DNA of 20,000 nt from Chiloscyllium plagiosum (lineage: Eukaryota), in assembly GCF_004010195.1 (NCBI RefSeq), contig NC_057758.1:9614782-9634781 (forward strand), written 5' to 3'. The first letter of the stretch is position 1. Each line of letters begins with the position of its first letter. The notes beneath the pieces are model-generated. The model was not told the origin of the DNA, did not search any database, and worked only from the letters and a program-made list of their open reading frames with translations. Shown here piece after piece: positions 9,846-20,000 of this stretch. The translations under genes were made by a program, and so were the position numbers.

Positions 9846-10963
9846 GTTTTCAAAGGTTACCAATCCCTAATAGGATCAACGTGTAGGGTTGAAGGGAGAG
9901 AGCAGGGGGGAGAAATGTGCAAATTGATTCGCGTCACATTAATACGCATCCCATCCTTTATACACAATCCTACATCACTGTGTTGGCCTATTTATCCTTC
10001 CAAAGAAACACTGTAAGCCGTTGATTATCAAGTTCTCAGTCTTGTCACACTGCAGCCATGTCTCCATTATGACAGCTACATCTGACCTGGTCCATACTAT
10101 TCAAAGCTATCATTTCATTTGCCAAGTTGAAAAGTTAGGAAGGCATTCATGGATGACAGCAAGTGCCAGAGACCAAGTTGGTTGCAGGGTTCAGAGGAGA
10201 TTGCAGAGAGAGGTCGACGTGTGATGGCTGGAGTATATTGCAGGAATATAGATTATTCTAGGGGCTGAAGGAGACTACAAATTTAAGAATAGTTTTAGGT
10301 TTTGGTTTAAGTGAAAACAGAGATGGACCAGCAAGATCAATATTTTGGCTAAGACAGCTTTTAAAGATAAATCCTTAACGAATCCTGAAAAAAATGATAC
10401 AAAGACAAACTGCAACAGAAATTAAATTCAGTCGGGTGCAGAGCAGTCAGCACGTGGAGACTGTAGATGGAGTCCACATTGTGACAGAGGAAATGAAATG
10501 TCTATCGACACAGATTCTGGTCAATGATGCAGATTCAATTCACACCAGCTGAAACAACATTTTTTTAAAAATTGTAACATTTCAGGAAATGACAATTATT
10601 CTGTTCTGAGGCTCTGTTGACCAGACCACTGGTCAAGAATTGATACATGAGAGTTGTTGCTGAATGGAGTCATTTCTGTTGTAACTGTTTCAGTTAAATA
10701 TCACATCGAGACATACACATTAAATTAATCAATACAATCAGAACTGAACAAGCCGCAATATATTAAGCAGTTGTAGATAAAAATATTCATTCTGGAAAAC
10801 AGTCTCAACGCCGTGAGGAAGATCACAGGCACGCTCACTCGCCTGAACATGATCAGCTGCTTTCACCAATCCAGGAAATTGCGAACTCCACAGTCGGTGC
10901 CGAGTACAGAGTCCCATAGTCAGAACAGGCAGATCCCAGTCTCGATAACGGACCTATTCATTT

Positions 10964-11280
10964 GCAGCTCAGTAGCAGGTTAGCACTGCTGCCTCACAGC
11001 GCCAGAGACGCGGGTTCAATTCCCGCCTCGGGCAACTCTCTGTGTGGAGTTTGCACGTTCTCCCAGTGTCTGCGTGGGTTTCCTCCGGGTGCTCCGGTTT
11101 CCTCCCACAGTCCAAAGATGTGCAGGTTAGGTGAATTGGCCATGCTAAATTGCCCGTAATGTTAGGTTTAGGGGTAAATATAGGGGTATGGGTGGGTTGC
11201 ACTTCGGCGGGGTGGTGTGGAATTGTTGGGCCAAAGGGCCTGTTTCTACACTGTAATGTAATCTAAAAAAAATCTAATCT
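10964..11280 (+). mobile_element. tRNA-derived V-SINE (HE1-like) with CR1-derived tail
   Basis: B box GGTTCAATTCC ~11013-11023; V-domain tgcgtgggtttcctccgggtgctccggtttcctcccacagtccaaaga; tail gggccaaagggcctgtttctacactgta and aatct repeats. Confidence 0.9.
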
Positions 11281-11375
11281 TAAATGATCAAGTTGACGAT
11301 CTCGACAATAGCGGCAGGAGGAAAATATGTTTGCTCTTTCATCAGTCCAGCAGAGGAGATGGAAGTCGATGAGCC

Positions 11376-11805
11376 TGTGTTGTCCTCGTCGAAGTGGTGT
11401 CCTTCCTCATCCATACATGAAGATACTAGTGAGAGAGGGTCATGTCTTTTTGTGACTAGTTGCTCTATCCTAGGTCCAATACATTCATCCTTGGACAAGC
11501 CAAACAAGCACCGGAACTCTATCAACAAACAAATCGAGTTTGACCCGATCTATTAACCCCTGAGAAAAGGAACAGGAAGTGACTTCACCGCAGGAAATAA
11601 CGTCACCACAGGAAATGACATCACCAACCCAAAGAAACCCAATCAAAAAAATAGAAAGCAGGAATTTTCAGCATTGCTTCGCTTGAGGTCGACTAAAGAT
11701 GTTACCTAGTAAGGTAACGAAACGTCTGGAAATGAACCTTTCAGCTCAGCGAGCAAACATACATCCAAAACCTCAACCTGAGCTACAGATCTTCCCAAAA
11801 CTCTC
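11376..11805 (+). mobile_element. Penelope-like element 3' end (GIY-YIG endonuclease C-terminus plus pLTR, family C) with 5' inversion
   Basis: Minus strand 11465-11376 encodes QLVTKRHDPLSLVS..DEEGHHFD.DNT; plus strand resumes NTFILGQAKQ..RNSINKQIEFDPIY. Hammerhead-like motif at 11689-11730. Confidence 0.8.
11689..11730 (+). ncRNA. Minimal hammerhead ribozyme motif, mutated core (likely inactive)
   Basis: CUaAAGA-U-GUUACCU-agua-AGGUAAC-GAAA-CGUC-UGGA; G5-to-A change in CUGANGA; 7-bp stem II intact. Confidence 0.65.
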
Positions 11806-12717
11806 CAATCTCTCTTATTCTTAAGAAAGGGAAGACCCCGGAGAACTAAAAGCCAGTCATACTTTTAAATGTCGATTACAAAATTCTGTCTGAGTCCCTT
11901 GCACTCAGGCTGGAAACTGATTTGCCTTCCATCATCAAAGAGGAGCAGACGGACTTGAGAAATGGCCACAGATCTTCCAATACTGTTAGGAGATTGTTCA
12001 ATATGATTCAAGCGTGTCAACAACAAGCTGTACAGAGAGTCTTCATTGCTTTAGCTGCAGACGAGGCACCTGATCAGGTTGACTGGACGTACCTATTCTA
12101 GAACGGTTTTGCTTAGGTGAAACGTTTATCAAGTGGGTAAAGGTCCTTTTGCCACAGTTCTCACCAATGGTGTTCGATCACGAAATTTAAATATACTTAG
12201 GGGCAGTTGACAAGGTTGTCCTTTCTCGCCATTGCTTTTCAAATTGGTAATTGAGCCGTTTGCAGAGGCCATTCTTAGGGGCTCCAACATATCTGCCCGA
12301 GAAGTGGGAACAAAGTCACGCAAGATTGTATTGTATGCGGGTCATGTCCTTATCTTTGTGTCAAACCCAGCAGTTTCGGTATCTCCTCTGATACATTGTA
12401 TCATTTCGTTTGGTGCCTTTTCACACTACAAAAGCAACTTTGCAAAATCAGAGGCCTTGCCTCTGGTGGTTCTCCGAAAAAATAACTAACATTCAGTACG
12501 GACCTCGATTTACTCTTAAGTGGTCGCAGTGTGGGTTTCCTTCACCGATGGATATTTATCACTCCCGTCTTTGATCAGCAATTTAAAGACAGATTTACTA
12601 ACTTACTTGAAAAAAAAATCAAACAAGCCCTCCGAAGATGGGAAATGCTCCCAATATCATGGCTAGGCCGGATAGCGCTTATTAAGTTGAATATTTTCCC
12701 TCGCTTATCACACCCAA
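11806..12717 (+). mobile_element. L1-clade LINE ORF2 RT (degenerate), left part
   Basis: 'ISLILKKGK', 'LLNVDYKILS', 'LPSIIKEEQT', 'RGS*QGCPFSPLLFKLVIEPFAEAI', 'LYAGHVL' (from LYADD), 'LPISWLGRIALIKLNIFPRL'. Confidence 0.85.
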
Positions 12718-13802
12718 TTCTGGATTCAGAATTGGCTGGCTGACAGAAGGCAGAGAGTGGTTGTAGATGGAAAATATTCTGCCTGGAGGACAATGTTGAG
12801 TGAGGTCTCGCAGGGGTCTGATCTTGGGCATCTGCTCTTTGTAGTTATTATAGATCAGTTGGATGAGAAGGTTGAGGAGTGGGTGAGTAAATTCGCAGAT
12901 GACAAAAAGTTTGGAGTTGTTGTCGATAGTGTAGAGGGCTACTGCAGGCTGCAGCGCGACACAGACCGAACGCAGAGCTGGGCTGAGAAATGGCAGATGG
13001 ATATCAATCTGGATAAATGCGAAGTGATGCATTTTGGAAGGTCGACTTTGAATGCTGAAAATAGGGTTAAAAACAGGATTCTTAGCTGTGTGGAGGAACA
13101 GAGGGATCTGGGTGTGCAAGTACATAGATCCCTCAAAGGTGCCACACAAGTGAATAGGGTTGTTAAGAAAGCATATGGTGTTTTGGCTTTCATTAACAGG
13201 GGGATCGAGTTTAAGAGCCGTGAGGTTTTGCTGCAGCTCTAAAAGTCCCTAGTGAGATCGCACTTGGAATATTGTGTCCAGTTCTGTTCGCCCGACAATC
13301 GGAAAGAAACATAGTCTTTCGAAAGGGTACAAAGAAGGTTTACCAGGATGCTGCCTGGACTGGAGGACTTGCCTAATGAAGAAAGGTTGAATGAGCTCGG
13401 AATTTTCTCTTTGGAGAGAAGGAGGAAGAGAGGAGACGTGATCGAAGTGTATAAAATAATGAAAGGAGTAGATAGAGTCAACAGCCAGAGACGTTTCCCC
13501 AGGGCAGTTTTGACTAATATGAGAAGTTATAGTTTTAACATATTAGGAGGAAAGTACAAAGGAGACGTCAGAGGTAGGTTCTGTATACATAGAGTTGTGA
13601 ATGCATGGAATGTTTTGCCACCTGTGGTGGAAGCAGAGTCCCTGGGGACATGTCAGCGACTGCTGGACATGCACATAGATAGCAGTGAGTTGAGGGGTGC
13701 GTAGGTTAAGATACCATATTTTACATTAGGATTAAATCTCGGCACAACATCGTGGACCGAAGGGCATGTTATGTGCTGTACCTTTCTATATTCTCTGTTC
13801 TA
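12718..13802 (+). mobile_element. Relatively young 5'-truncated CR1 LINE inserted into the L1
   Basis: ORFs 12757-13242 and 13348-13704 are in one frame, separated by point stops. 'VSQGSDLG', 'KFADD', 'RDLGV', 'FSLERRR.RGD.IEVYKIM'; complete 3' tail (ttctatattctctgttcta). Confidence 0.92.
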
Positions 13803-14175
13803 ATATGAATGCTTGCTTTAATATTCGGGAGAAAAACATTCAGAGATTGAATGGCTGGCTCAGTTCTTTCATCTAGCCCTGAAAGTGGTCCCTTATCAAG
13901 ATAACCAAATTGCAACTTCCCCATCTCCATGATATTAATAACTACTAATTCAGATTTCTCGTATCATACGTGAGTGACCTGGCTTGCGTGGACTCTGCTT
14001 TAATATGGCTGAAAATCATAACTTCTCAGGGAAATCGCCCTCTCATATGACCTCCGTCTCTGGATAAAATCAGGACAGTTAAGGCATAATGCCATAATCC
14101 TTTTTTTTGTACCACTAAGGTATGGAGGGCAATGCGGTAGAGCAAACGGATCATAAACAATGCGTCTCTGTCAAA
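13803..14175 (+). mobile_element. L1-clade ORF2, right part resuming after the CR1 insertion
   Basis: 'MLALIFGRKTF..LNGWLSSFI*', 'IKITKLQLP', 'KVWRAMR' continue the L1 sequence after 'PRLSHP'. Confidence 0.65.
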
Positions 14176-14179
14176 AACT

Positions 14180-16080
14180 TGCAACATCTTTTGTCAATAT
14201 ACACAACTTCACAGACCTTTATGTCATTTGCAAATTTACTATCCCATCCTTTTATGTCCTGTTCAGATCATTTATTAAAATGTGGAAACAGACACAACTA
14301 GTAACTGAAGTCCAGGATGAATATTCCCGTCAACCATCACCCTCTGTATTCCTTCAGCTAGCCAAATGCTGATCCAAAACGCCAAATTATGCTCAATCCC
14401 ATGTCTCCGTAATTTGTGCAATAGCATACCATAGGGAACCTTATCAAATGCGTTATTGAAATCCATATACATCACATCAAAACCTTTTCCTTCATTCACC
14501 TGTTTGGTCGCCTTCTTAAAGAATTCAATCAGGTTTGTGAGGCACGACCAACACTTCATAAAACCGTGTTGACTATCCCTAATAAAATTATTCCTTTCCA
14601 TATGATTATACATTTTATCTCGTTTAACCTTTTGCAACACTTACCCGTAACCAAGGTAAGGCTCACTGGTTTATAATTATCAGGTTTTGTTGTAGTCTCC
14701 TTTTTGAACAAGGGAACAATTGCTATCTTCCAGTCTTCTGACACTTTTTTTTTGTAGATAATGACGACATAAACAGCAAATTCAAAAGCTCGTCAATATC
14801 CTTCCTGACTTCCCAGAGAATACTAGGTCAAATCCCATCTCGCCCAGGGACTTACCTGTTTTTACAGGTAACCCCTCCTCCTTGTGAACCTCAATAACGT
14901 CAATAGTTTAATACTCCTTATCTCAGTATTCTCCTCAACACCATTGTCTTTTTCTAGTGTGAATACTGACGAAAAGTATTCATTTAGCACTTCCCCTATC
15001 TTCAATAACGTGGATAGGGAGAGCCTTTTTCCAAGTATGGGAACGGCAAACACGAGGGGACACAACTTTAAAGTGAGGGGTGATAGGTATAAGACAGATT
15101 TCAGAGGTAGTTTATTTACTCAGAGTAGTAAGGGTATGGAATGCTTTGCCTGCAACGGTAGTAGATTCACCAAGCTTAAGTGCATTTAAGTCGTCATTGG
15201 ACAGGCATATGGACATATATGGAATAGTGTACGTGGGATGGCCTTCAGATTAGTATGACAGGGCGGCGCAAAATCGAGGGCCGAAGGGCCTCTACTGCGC
15301 TGTAATGTTCTATGTTCTCTGTTCTCTGACTCCACGTACAACTTCCCACTGCTATTTTTATTAGCACTAATCTTCCTCTAGTCATTCTTTTATTCCTGAT
15401 ATACCCCTAGAAAGTTTTAGGTTTTCCTTGATCCTGTCTGCCAATGACTTCTCGTGTCCCCTCCTATCTCTTTTTAGCTCTCTCGTTAGATTTTAACAAG
15501 CTAACGTGTAACTCTCAAGTGCCCAAATTAAACCGTCACATCTCATCGTAACATAAGACTTCTTCTTCCTCTTGGTAAAAGATTAATCATCCTTTATAAA
15601 CCACAGCTCCGGATCGACAATTTCCTCCCTGTCTGGCAGGTAAATACTTATCAAAGATCAGCAGAAGCTGTTCCTTGAATAAGCTCCACATTTCAATTGT
15701 GCCCACGCCCCGCAGTTTCCTTCCCCATCTGATTCCTGCTAAATCCTGCCTAATTGCACCATACTTGCCTTTCCACAACTATATATACCTATCCCTTTCC
15801 AACACCAAATTAAACTTAACTGAACTGTAGTCACAATCACCAAAGTGCTCACCTCAGTCCGAATCTAACACCTGGCCAGCTGCATTACTCATTACCAAAT
15901 CTAATGTGTCCTCGCCCCTTTCTGGAAACCGTCCTGAACACATTGGAAAGAATTTGAAACACGTGAAGTACTTGAACTATAGCAATTCCCAGACAGGATT
16001 TGGAAAGTTAAATTTCACCACAACAATTACCCTGTCACTCTTGCTCTTATCGAGGATTATCTTTGCTATCCTCAAACACC
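14180..16080 (-). mobile_element. CR1 ORF2 (endonuclease, linker, RT), interrupted at 15004-15327
   Basis: ORFs 14275-14640 (QHGF..SCLTNLIEFF..YMDF.NAFDKVP), 14556-14744 (EDWKIAIVPLFKK..YKPVSLT) and 15587-15778; EN motifs near 15830-16025. Confidence 0.88.
15004..15327 (+). mobile_element. Short CR1 3' end nested in the antisense CR1
   Basis: 'VDRESLFP.MGTANTRGHNFKVRGDRYKTD.RG.LFTQ'; tail gggccgaagggcctctactgcgctgtaatgttctatgttctctgttct. Confidence 0.88.
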
Positions 16081-16706
16081 TCCTCTTTTGTGTGAACCTC
16101 GACTAGTCTAGTAGCCTGTGTCGCAGCGTTCTCCTCGACAAACGTGTTAGATTTGGAAGTAGCTTGAGTGGTTTGGTGATAGTGACCACAATTTGGTTAT
16201 GGTTACATTCACAACTGAAATGCAAACTATGTACGGCAGGGTAAGAAGTATAGCTGGCGGAAAGGCAACTTATTATGCCATGAGGCAAGATTTAGGATAC
16301 ATAGGATGGGCAAGGAAACTGCACGGGATGGGCATTGTTAAATGCAGATTTTTTCAAGGAACAGCTATTGCGTGTCATTGATAAGTATGTACCTGTCAGG
16401 CAGAGAAGAAGTGGTCGAGCGAGGGAGCCGTGGTTTAGTAAAGAAGTTGAATCTCATTTCAAGAGAAATAATAAGGATTAGATAAGGATGAAACGTGAAG
16501 ACTCAGTTCGGGCACTTTAGATTTGCAAGTTAGCCAAGAAGGACCTGAAGAGAGAGCTGTGAAAAACAAGAAGGGAACATGGGAATTTGTTGGTAGCTAG
16601 GATCAAGGAAAACCCGAGAACTTTGGGTAGGTATGTCTGGAATTAAAGAATGACTGGAGGAAGATTACGGCCAGTCAAGAACAGGAATGGGAAGTTGTGT
16701 GTGGAG

Positions 16707-16919
16707 ATGGAAATGTGTTGCTGGAAAAGCGCAGCAGGTCAGGCAGCATCTAGGGAACAGGAGAATCGACGTTTCGGGCATTAGCCCTTTCCTGAAGAAG
16801 GGCTAATGCCCGAAACGTCGATTCTCCTGTTCCCTAGATGCTGCCTGACCTGCTGCGCTTTTCCAGCGACACATTTCCATCTCTGATCTCCAGCATCTGC
16901 AGACCTCACTTTCTCCTCA
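16707..16919 (+). mobile_element. Penelope-like terminal fragment with near-perfect fold-back (family A)
   Basis: Arms 16704-16789 and ~16798-16883 with one visible mismatch; direct repeat aagttgtgtgtggag at 16692-16706 and 16920-16934. Confidence 0.85.
16790..16821 (+). ncRNA. Minimal type I hammerhead ribozyme motif, intact core
   Basis: uc-CUGAAGA-A-GGGC-uaau-GCCC-GAAA-CGUC^ga; predicted cleavage after C16819; palindromic ACGU in place of stem III; stem I only 2 bp. Confidence 0.7.
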
Positions 16920-18020
16920 AAGTTGTGTGTGGAGTCAGAGAAGATAGGGGAAGCGTTAAATGAATACATTTCGCCAGTATTCACACTGGGAAAAGACATT
17001 TTTGTCGAGGAAAATACCTGAGATACAAGCTAGGTGACTAGACAGGTTCATGTTCACAACGAGGAGGTGAAGGCAATTCTGGAAAATGTGAAAATAGATA
17101 TATCCCCTGGGCCGAATGGGATTTACGCCAGGATTCTCTGGGAAGTTAGGGAGGAGATTTCAGAGCAGTTGGCTTTGATGATGATGTCACCATTGTCTAC
17201 AGGAATAGTGCCAAAAGATTGGAGGATTGAAAATAATGTCCCCTTGTTCAAGCTGTGAAGTAGAGACAATCCTGCGACAAGTGAATCTTACCTCAGTTGT
17301 GGGTGAAGTGATGGGAAGGGTTAAAAGAGATAGTATTTATAATCGTCCAGAAAGTAATAAGTTGATTCTGCATAATCAACATGGTTTTGTTAAGGGTAGG
17401 TCGTGCCTCACAAAACGTATTCAGTTCTTTGAGAAGGTGACCAAATCGGTGAATGAGGGTAAACCGGTTGGAATGGTGTATATGCATTTCAGTAAGGCGT
17501 TTGATAAGATTCCCCACGTAGCCTTGTGAACAAAATATGGAGACATGTGATTTGGCAGTTTGAATCAGAAATTGGCAAACTAAAAGAAGACAGCAGGTGG
17601 TGATTGATGGGAGATGTTCAACTTGGAGTTCATTACGAGTGGTGTACCGCAAGAATCTTCTTTGTGATAGCAGCTGTTTGTCATTTTATGAGGACATCGG
17701 AGAATGGGTTAGTAAATTTGTGGATAACAGTAAAAATTGTGCATAGTGCCAAAGGATGTTGCATTTTACTGAGGAAAATTGATAAGCTGCATAACTGACC
17801 TGAGAAGTAGTAAATGGAGTTTAATGTTGCAAAATGTGAGGTGATTCACTTTGGAAAGAGTAAAAGGAATGCAGAGTATTGAGCTAGTGGTGAGAATCTT
17901 GGTGGTGTGGATGAGTAGAGGGATCTCAGTGTCCAGGTACATAGATCCTTTAAAATTTCTACCCAGGTTGATCGGTTTGTTCAGAAGATATATGGTGTGT
18001 TAACGGTTATTGGACTAAGG

Positions 18021-18148
18021 TAAAAATTACACAACACCCAGGTTATAGTTCAACAGGTTTAATTTGGAAGCACACTAGCTTTCGGAGTGCCGCTCCTTCA
18101 TCAGGTGGTTATGCCCCAATCCAACACCGGATCTCCAAATCATGACTT
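18021..18148. mobile_element. Penelope-like terminal fragment (family B) with 5' inversion
   Basis: 18021-18110 is antisense and 18111-18148 sense when oriented on the 9474-9571 copy. Flanked by ttattggactaagg (18007-18020) and ttattggtctaggg (18149-18162), 12/14 match. Confidence 0.8.
18073..18107 (-). ncRNA. Minimal type I hammerhead ribozyme motif, intact core
   Basis: CAC-CUGAUGA-A-GGAG-cggca-CUCC-GAAA-GCUA^GUG; 3-bp stem I (CAC/GUG), 4-bp stem II, palindromic AGCU. Confidence 0.78.
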
Positions 18149-18728
18149 TTATTGGTCTAGGGTTTGTGTGTTGGAACCATTAGATCATGCTGCATCTGTA
18201 CAAAGCTCTGATGCAGCCGCACTTGGAGTGTAGCGCACAGTTCTAGTCACTGCATCATAGAAAGGATGTGGAAGCTTTGGAAAGGGTTCAGAAGAGATTT
18301 CCGATGATGTTGCCTGGTATAGAGGTTAAGGTCTTACATGGAAAGGCTGAGGGACTTGAGGCTGTTTTCGTTGGAGAGAAGAAGATTGAGCATTTACCTA
18401 AATGGGACACATAATATAATCTGAGGGGTAGATAGGGTGGAGAGAGCCTTTTTCTTGGATGGGGATGGCTAGCACGCTGGGACATAATTTTAAATGGAGA
18501 GTTGATAGATATAGGACAGATGTTAGAGATAGTCTCTTTAATCAGAGAGTAGTGGGGCGTGCAATACATTGCCTGCAGCAGCCCTCGACTCACCGACGTG
18601 AAGGGCATTTAAATGGTCATTGGATTGGGATAGTATAGATTAGATGGGCTTCAGATTAGCTTACAAGTCGGCGCAACATCGAGGGCCAAAGGGCCTGTAC
18701 TGTGCTTTAATATTCTTTGTTCTATGTT

Positions 18729-19480
18729 CCAACACGTGGCCTGAATCATTACCTTGTTCCAAATTCAACGTGGCCTCACCCCTTGTTGGCCTGTGCACAT
18801 ACTCTATTCCGACACCCTCCTGCACACATTGGACAAAAACTGACCCATCTAGTGTAGCCGAACTATAGTATTTCCAGTCGATATTTCGAAAATTAAAGTC
18901 CCTTTACTCCTCTTTCCTCTACATTTCCTGAACTGTTCAGTGGCGTACAGAAAACTTCCAAATGGGTGAGTTCTCCTTTCTTGTTTCTAACCTCAGCCCA
19001 TACGACCTCTGTAGATGTGTCATAAAAGGTCCTCTTTGCCACCTTATTACTGTCCTTGACTAACAGTGCTAAACATCCACCTCCTTTACTACCTTCGCTT
19101 CCTTACTGCAACAACCATTCCGTCTTTGATCTATCAATGTCTCTGAAATGGCAACAACATCGAAAGTCCCAGGTACCAACTCATGCTACAAGTTCACGCT
19201 TCGTAGTCCAAATGCTCCTGGCATTGGATTTAATACACTTCAAACGACCTTCCAGCTTGCTGGTGCACTCTTGCGAACTTGACACTTTATTTCAGAACTC
19301 ACTACTCTCAACCTCCTGGACACTGGAGCTCGAATTTAAGTTCCCAACCCCTGCAGAATTAGTTTAAACACTCCCGAACAGCATTCCCATTTTAAACCCG
19401 AGTCCCGCCCAGGATATTTGTACCCCTCTGGTTCACGAGTAGACCATCATGTTTGTCGAAGTTCCACATCCATCCTTCTC
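18729..19480 (-). mobile_element. CR1 5' portion: ORF1 SGNH esterase C-terminus plus ORF2 endonuclease
   Basis: 'DGLLVNQRGTNILGG...NAVRECLN*' (~19365-19450, DGLHLN-like); 'FDVVAISET', 'DFNFRNIDW', 'FVQCVQEG...RPTRGEATL.L..GN..GHVL'. Confidence 0.82.
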
Positions 19481-19970
19481 AATCTCGCTCATTCTCTCTC
19501 TCGCTTGGCCTCCATCACGTCTTCCCTCCCTCTCGGTCTCCCTCCCTCCCTCCCTTTCATTCTCGGTCATTTATTCTCTCATGTTAGTCTTGCTCAATCC
19601 TGTACACTTCTCTCAGTCATGCTAACTTCCTACTCCACCTTAGTCTCACTCATTCACGCTCTCCCTCATGGTCTCGATCACATCCTCCCTCCCTCTCTAT
19701 CTTGCTCACTGCCTTGCTCATTCTCTTGATCTCACGCAGTCGCTCTCTCTCATTCTCCCTCCCTCCCACCCTCTCAGTCTCGTTCATTCAGTCCCAACCT
19801 CTCAGTTTCGCTCATGGCCTCTCTATTGTTTACGCTCTCTCCCTCACACCACTCGTTCTTTATCACTATCTCCTTCCCACTTGATCTTCCTCACTCTCCC
19901 CTCCCCATCTAGGTCTCAATCATCCATGACCTACCTCTCACTCATTGTGTGCTCTCTTGTACTCGCTCAC
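19480..19970 (+). repeat. Degenerate CT-rich low-complexity (polypyrimidine) tract
   Basis: Dominated by ctct/ctcc/ctca units; the S/L/P/H-rich ORFs here are compositional artefacts. Confidence 0.85.
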
Positions 19971-20000
19971 TGCCTAAATCCTTTGGATCTCACTTACAAC

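Larger units (their letters stand above)
16142..18728 (+). mobile_element. CR1 ORF2 from EN C-terminus to 3' tail, with two PLE insertions
   Basis: 'FGDSDHN', 'DISPGPNGIYARILWE', 'PKDWRI.N.VPLFK', 'QHGFVKGRSCLT', 'FSKAFDKIPH'; tail ending ttctttgttctatgttc at 18728. Confidence 0.9.

Noticed and set aside
10100..10330. Antisense L2 LINE remnant
   Set aside because: Only a vague resemblance; no motif could be confirmed.
10964..11035. tRNA gene
   Set aside because: It is the tRNA-derived head of a V-SINE, continuing into the V-domain and CR1 tail.
11280..11375. Minus-strand CTGATGA near 11340 as another hammerhead
   Set aside because: No stem II or correctly placed GAAA follows.
12757..13704. 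Functional reverse transcriptase gene
   Set aside because: 5'-truncated CR1 with in-frame stops near 13240 and 13311.
19418..19884. S/L/P-rich ORFs as genes
   Set aside because: They arise from CT-rich low-complexity sequence that lacks stop codons.

Overview
Eukaryotic, repeat-saturated genomic DNA with no intact protein-coding gene that I can support. The repeat families (HE1/V-SINE, CR1 with TTCTATG-type tails) point to a cartilaginous fish (shark); this is inference from family recognition. The window is a nested mosaic of about ten decayed CR1 LINE pieces, an L1-clade RT split by a younger CR1, a Harbinger Myb/SANT remnant and a V-SINE. It also holds the 5' half of a class I-like endogenous retrovirus: LTR with an R-region hairpin, tRNA-Ser PBS, repetitive leader, and gag with MHR, CCHC knuckle, late domains and UGA-CUA readthrough context. 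Five Penelope-like (PLE) insertions from three families carry minimal hammerhead ribozyme motifs; several are 100-210 bp fold-back or 5'-inverted inserts with 14-17 bp target-site duplications. Two rearrangements are visible: a ~330 bp CR1 duplication bracketing the ERV and a probable 2.6 kb inversion inside one CR1. Most ORFs in the supplied track are TE fragments or antisense noise. All identities were judged by eye.
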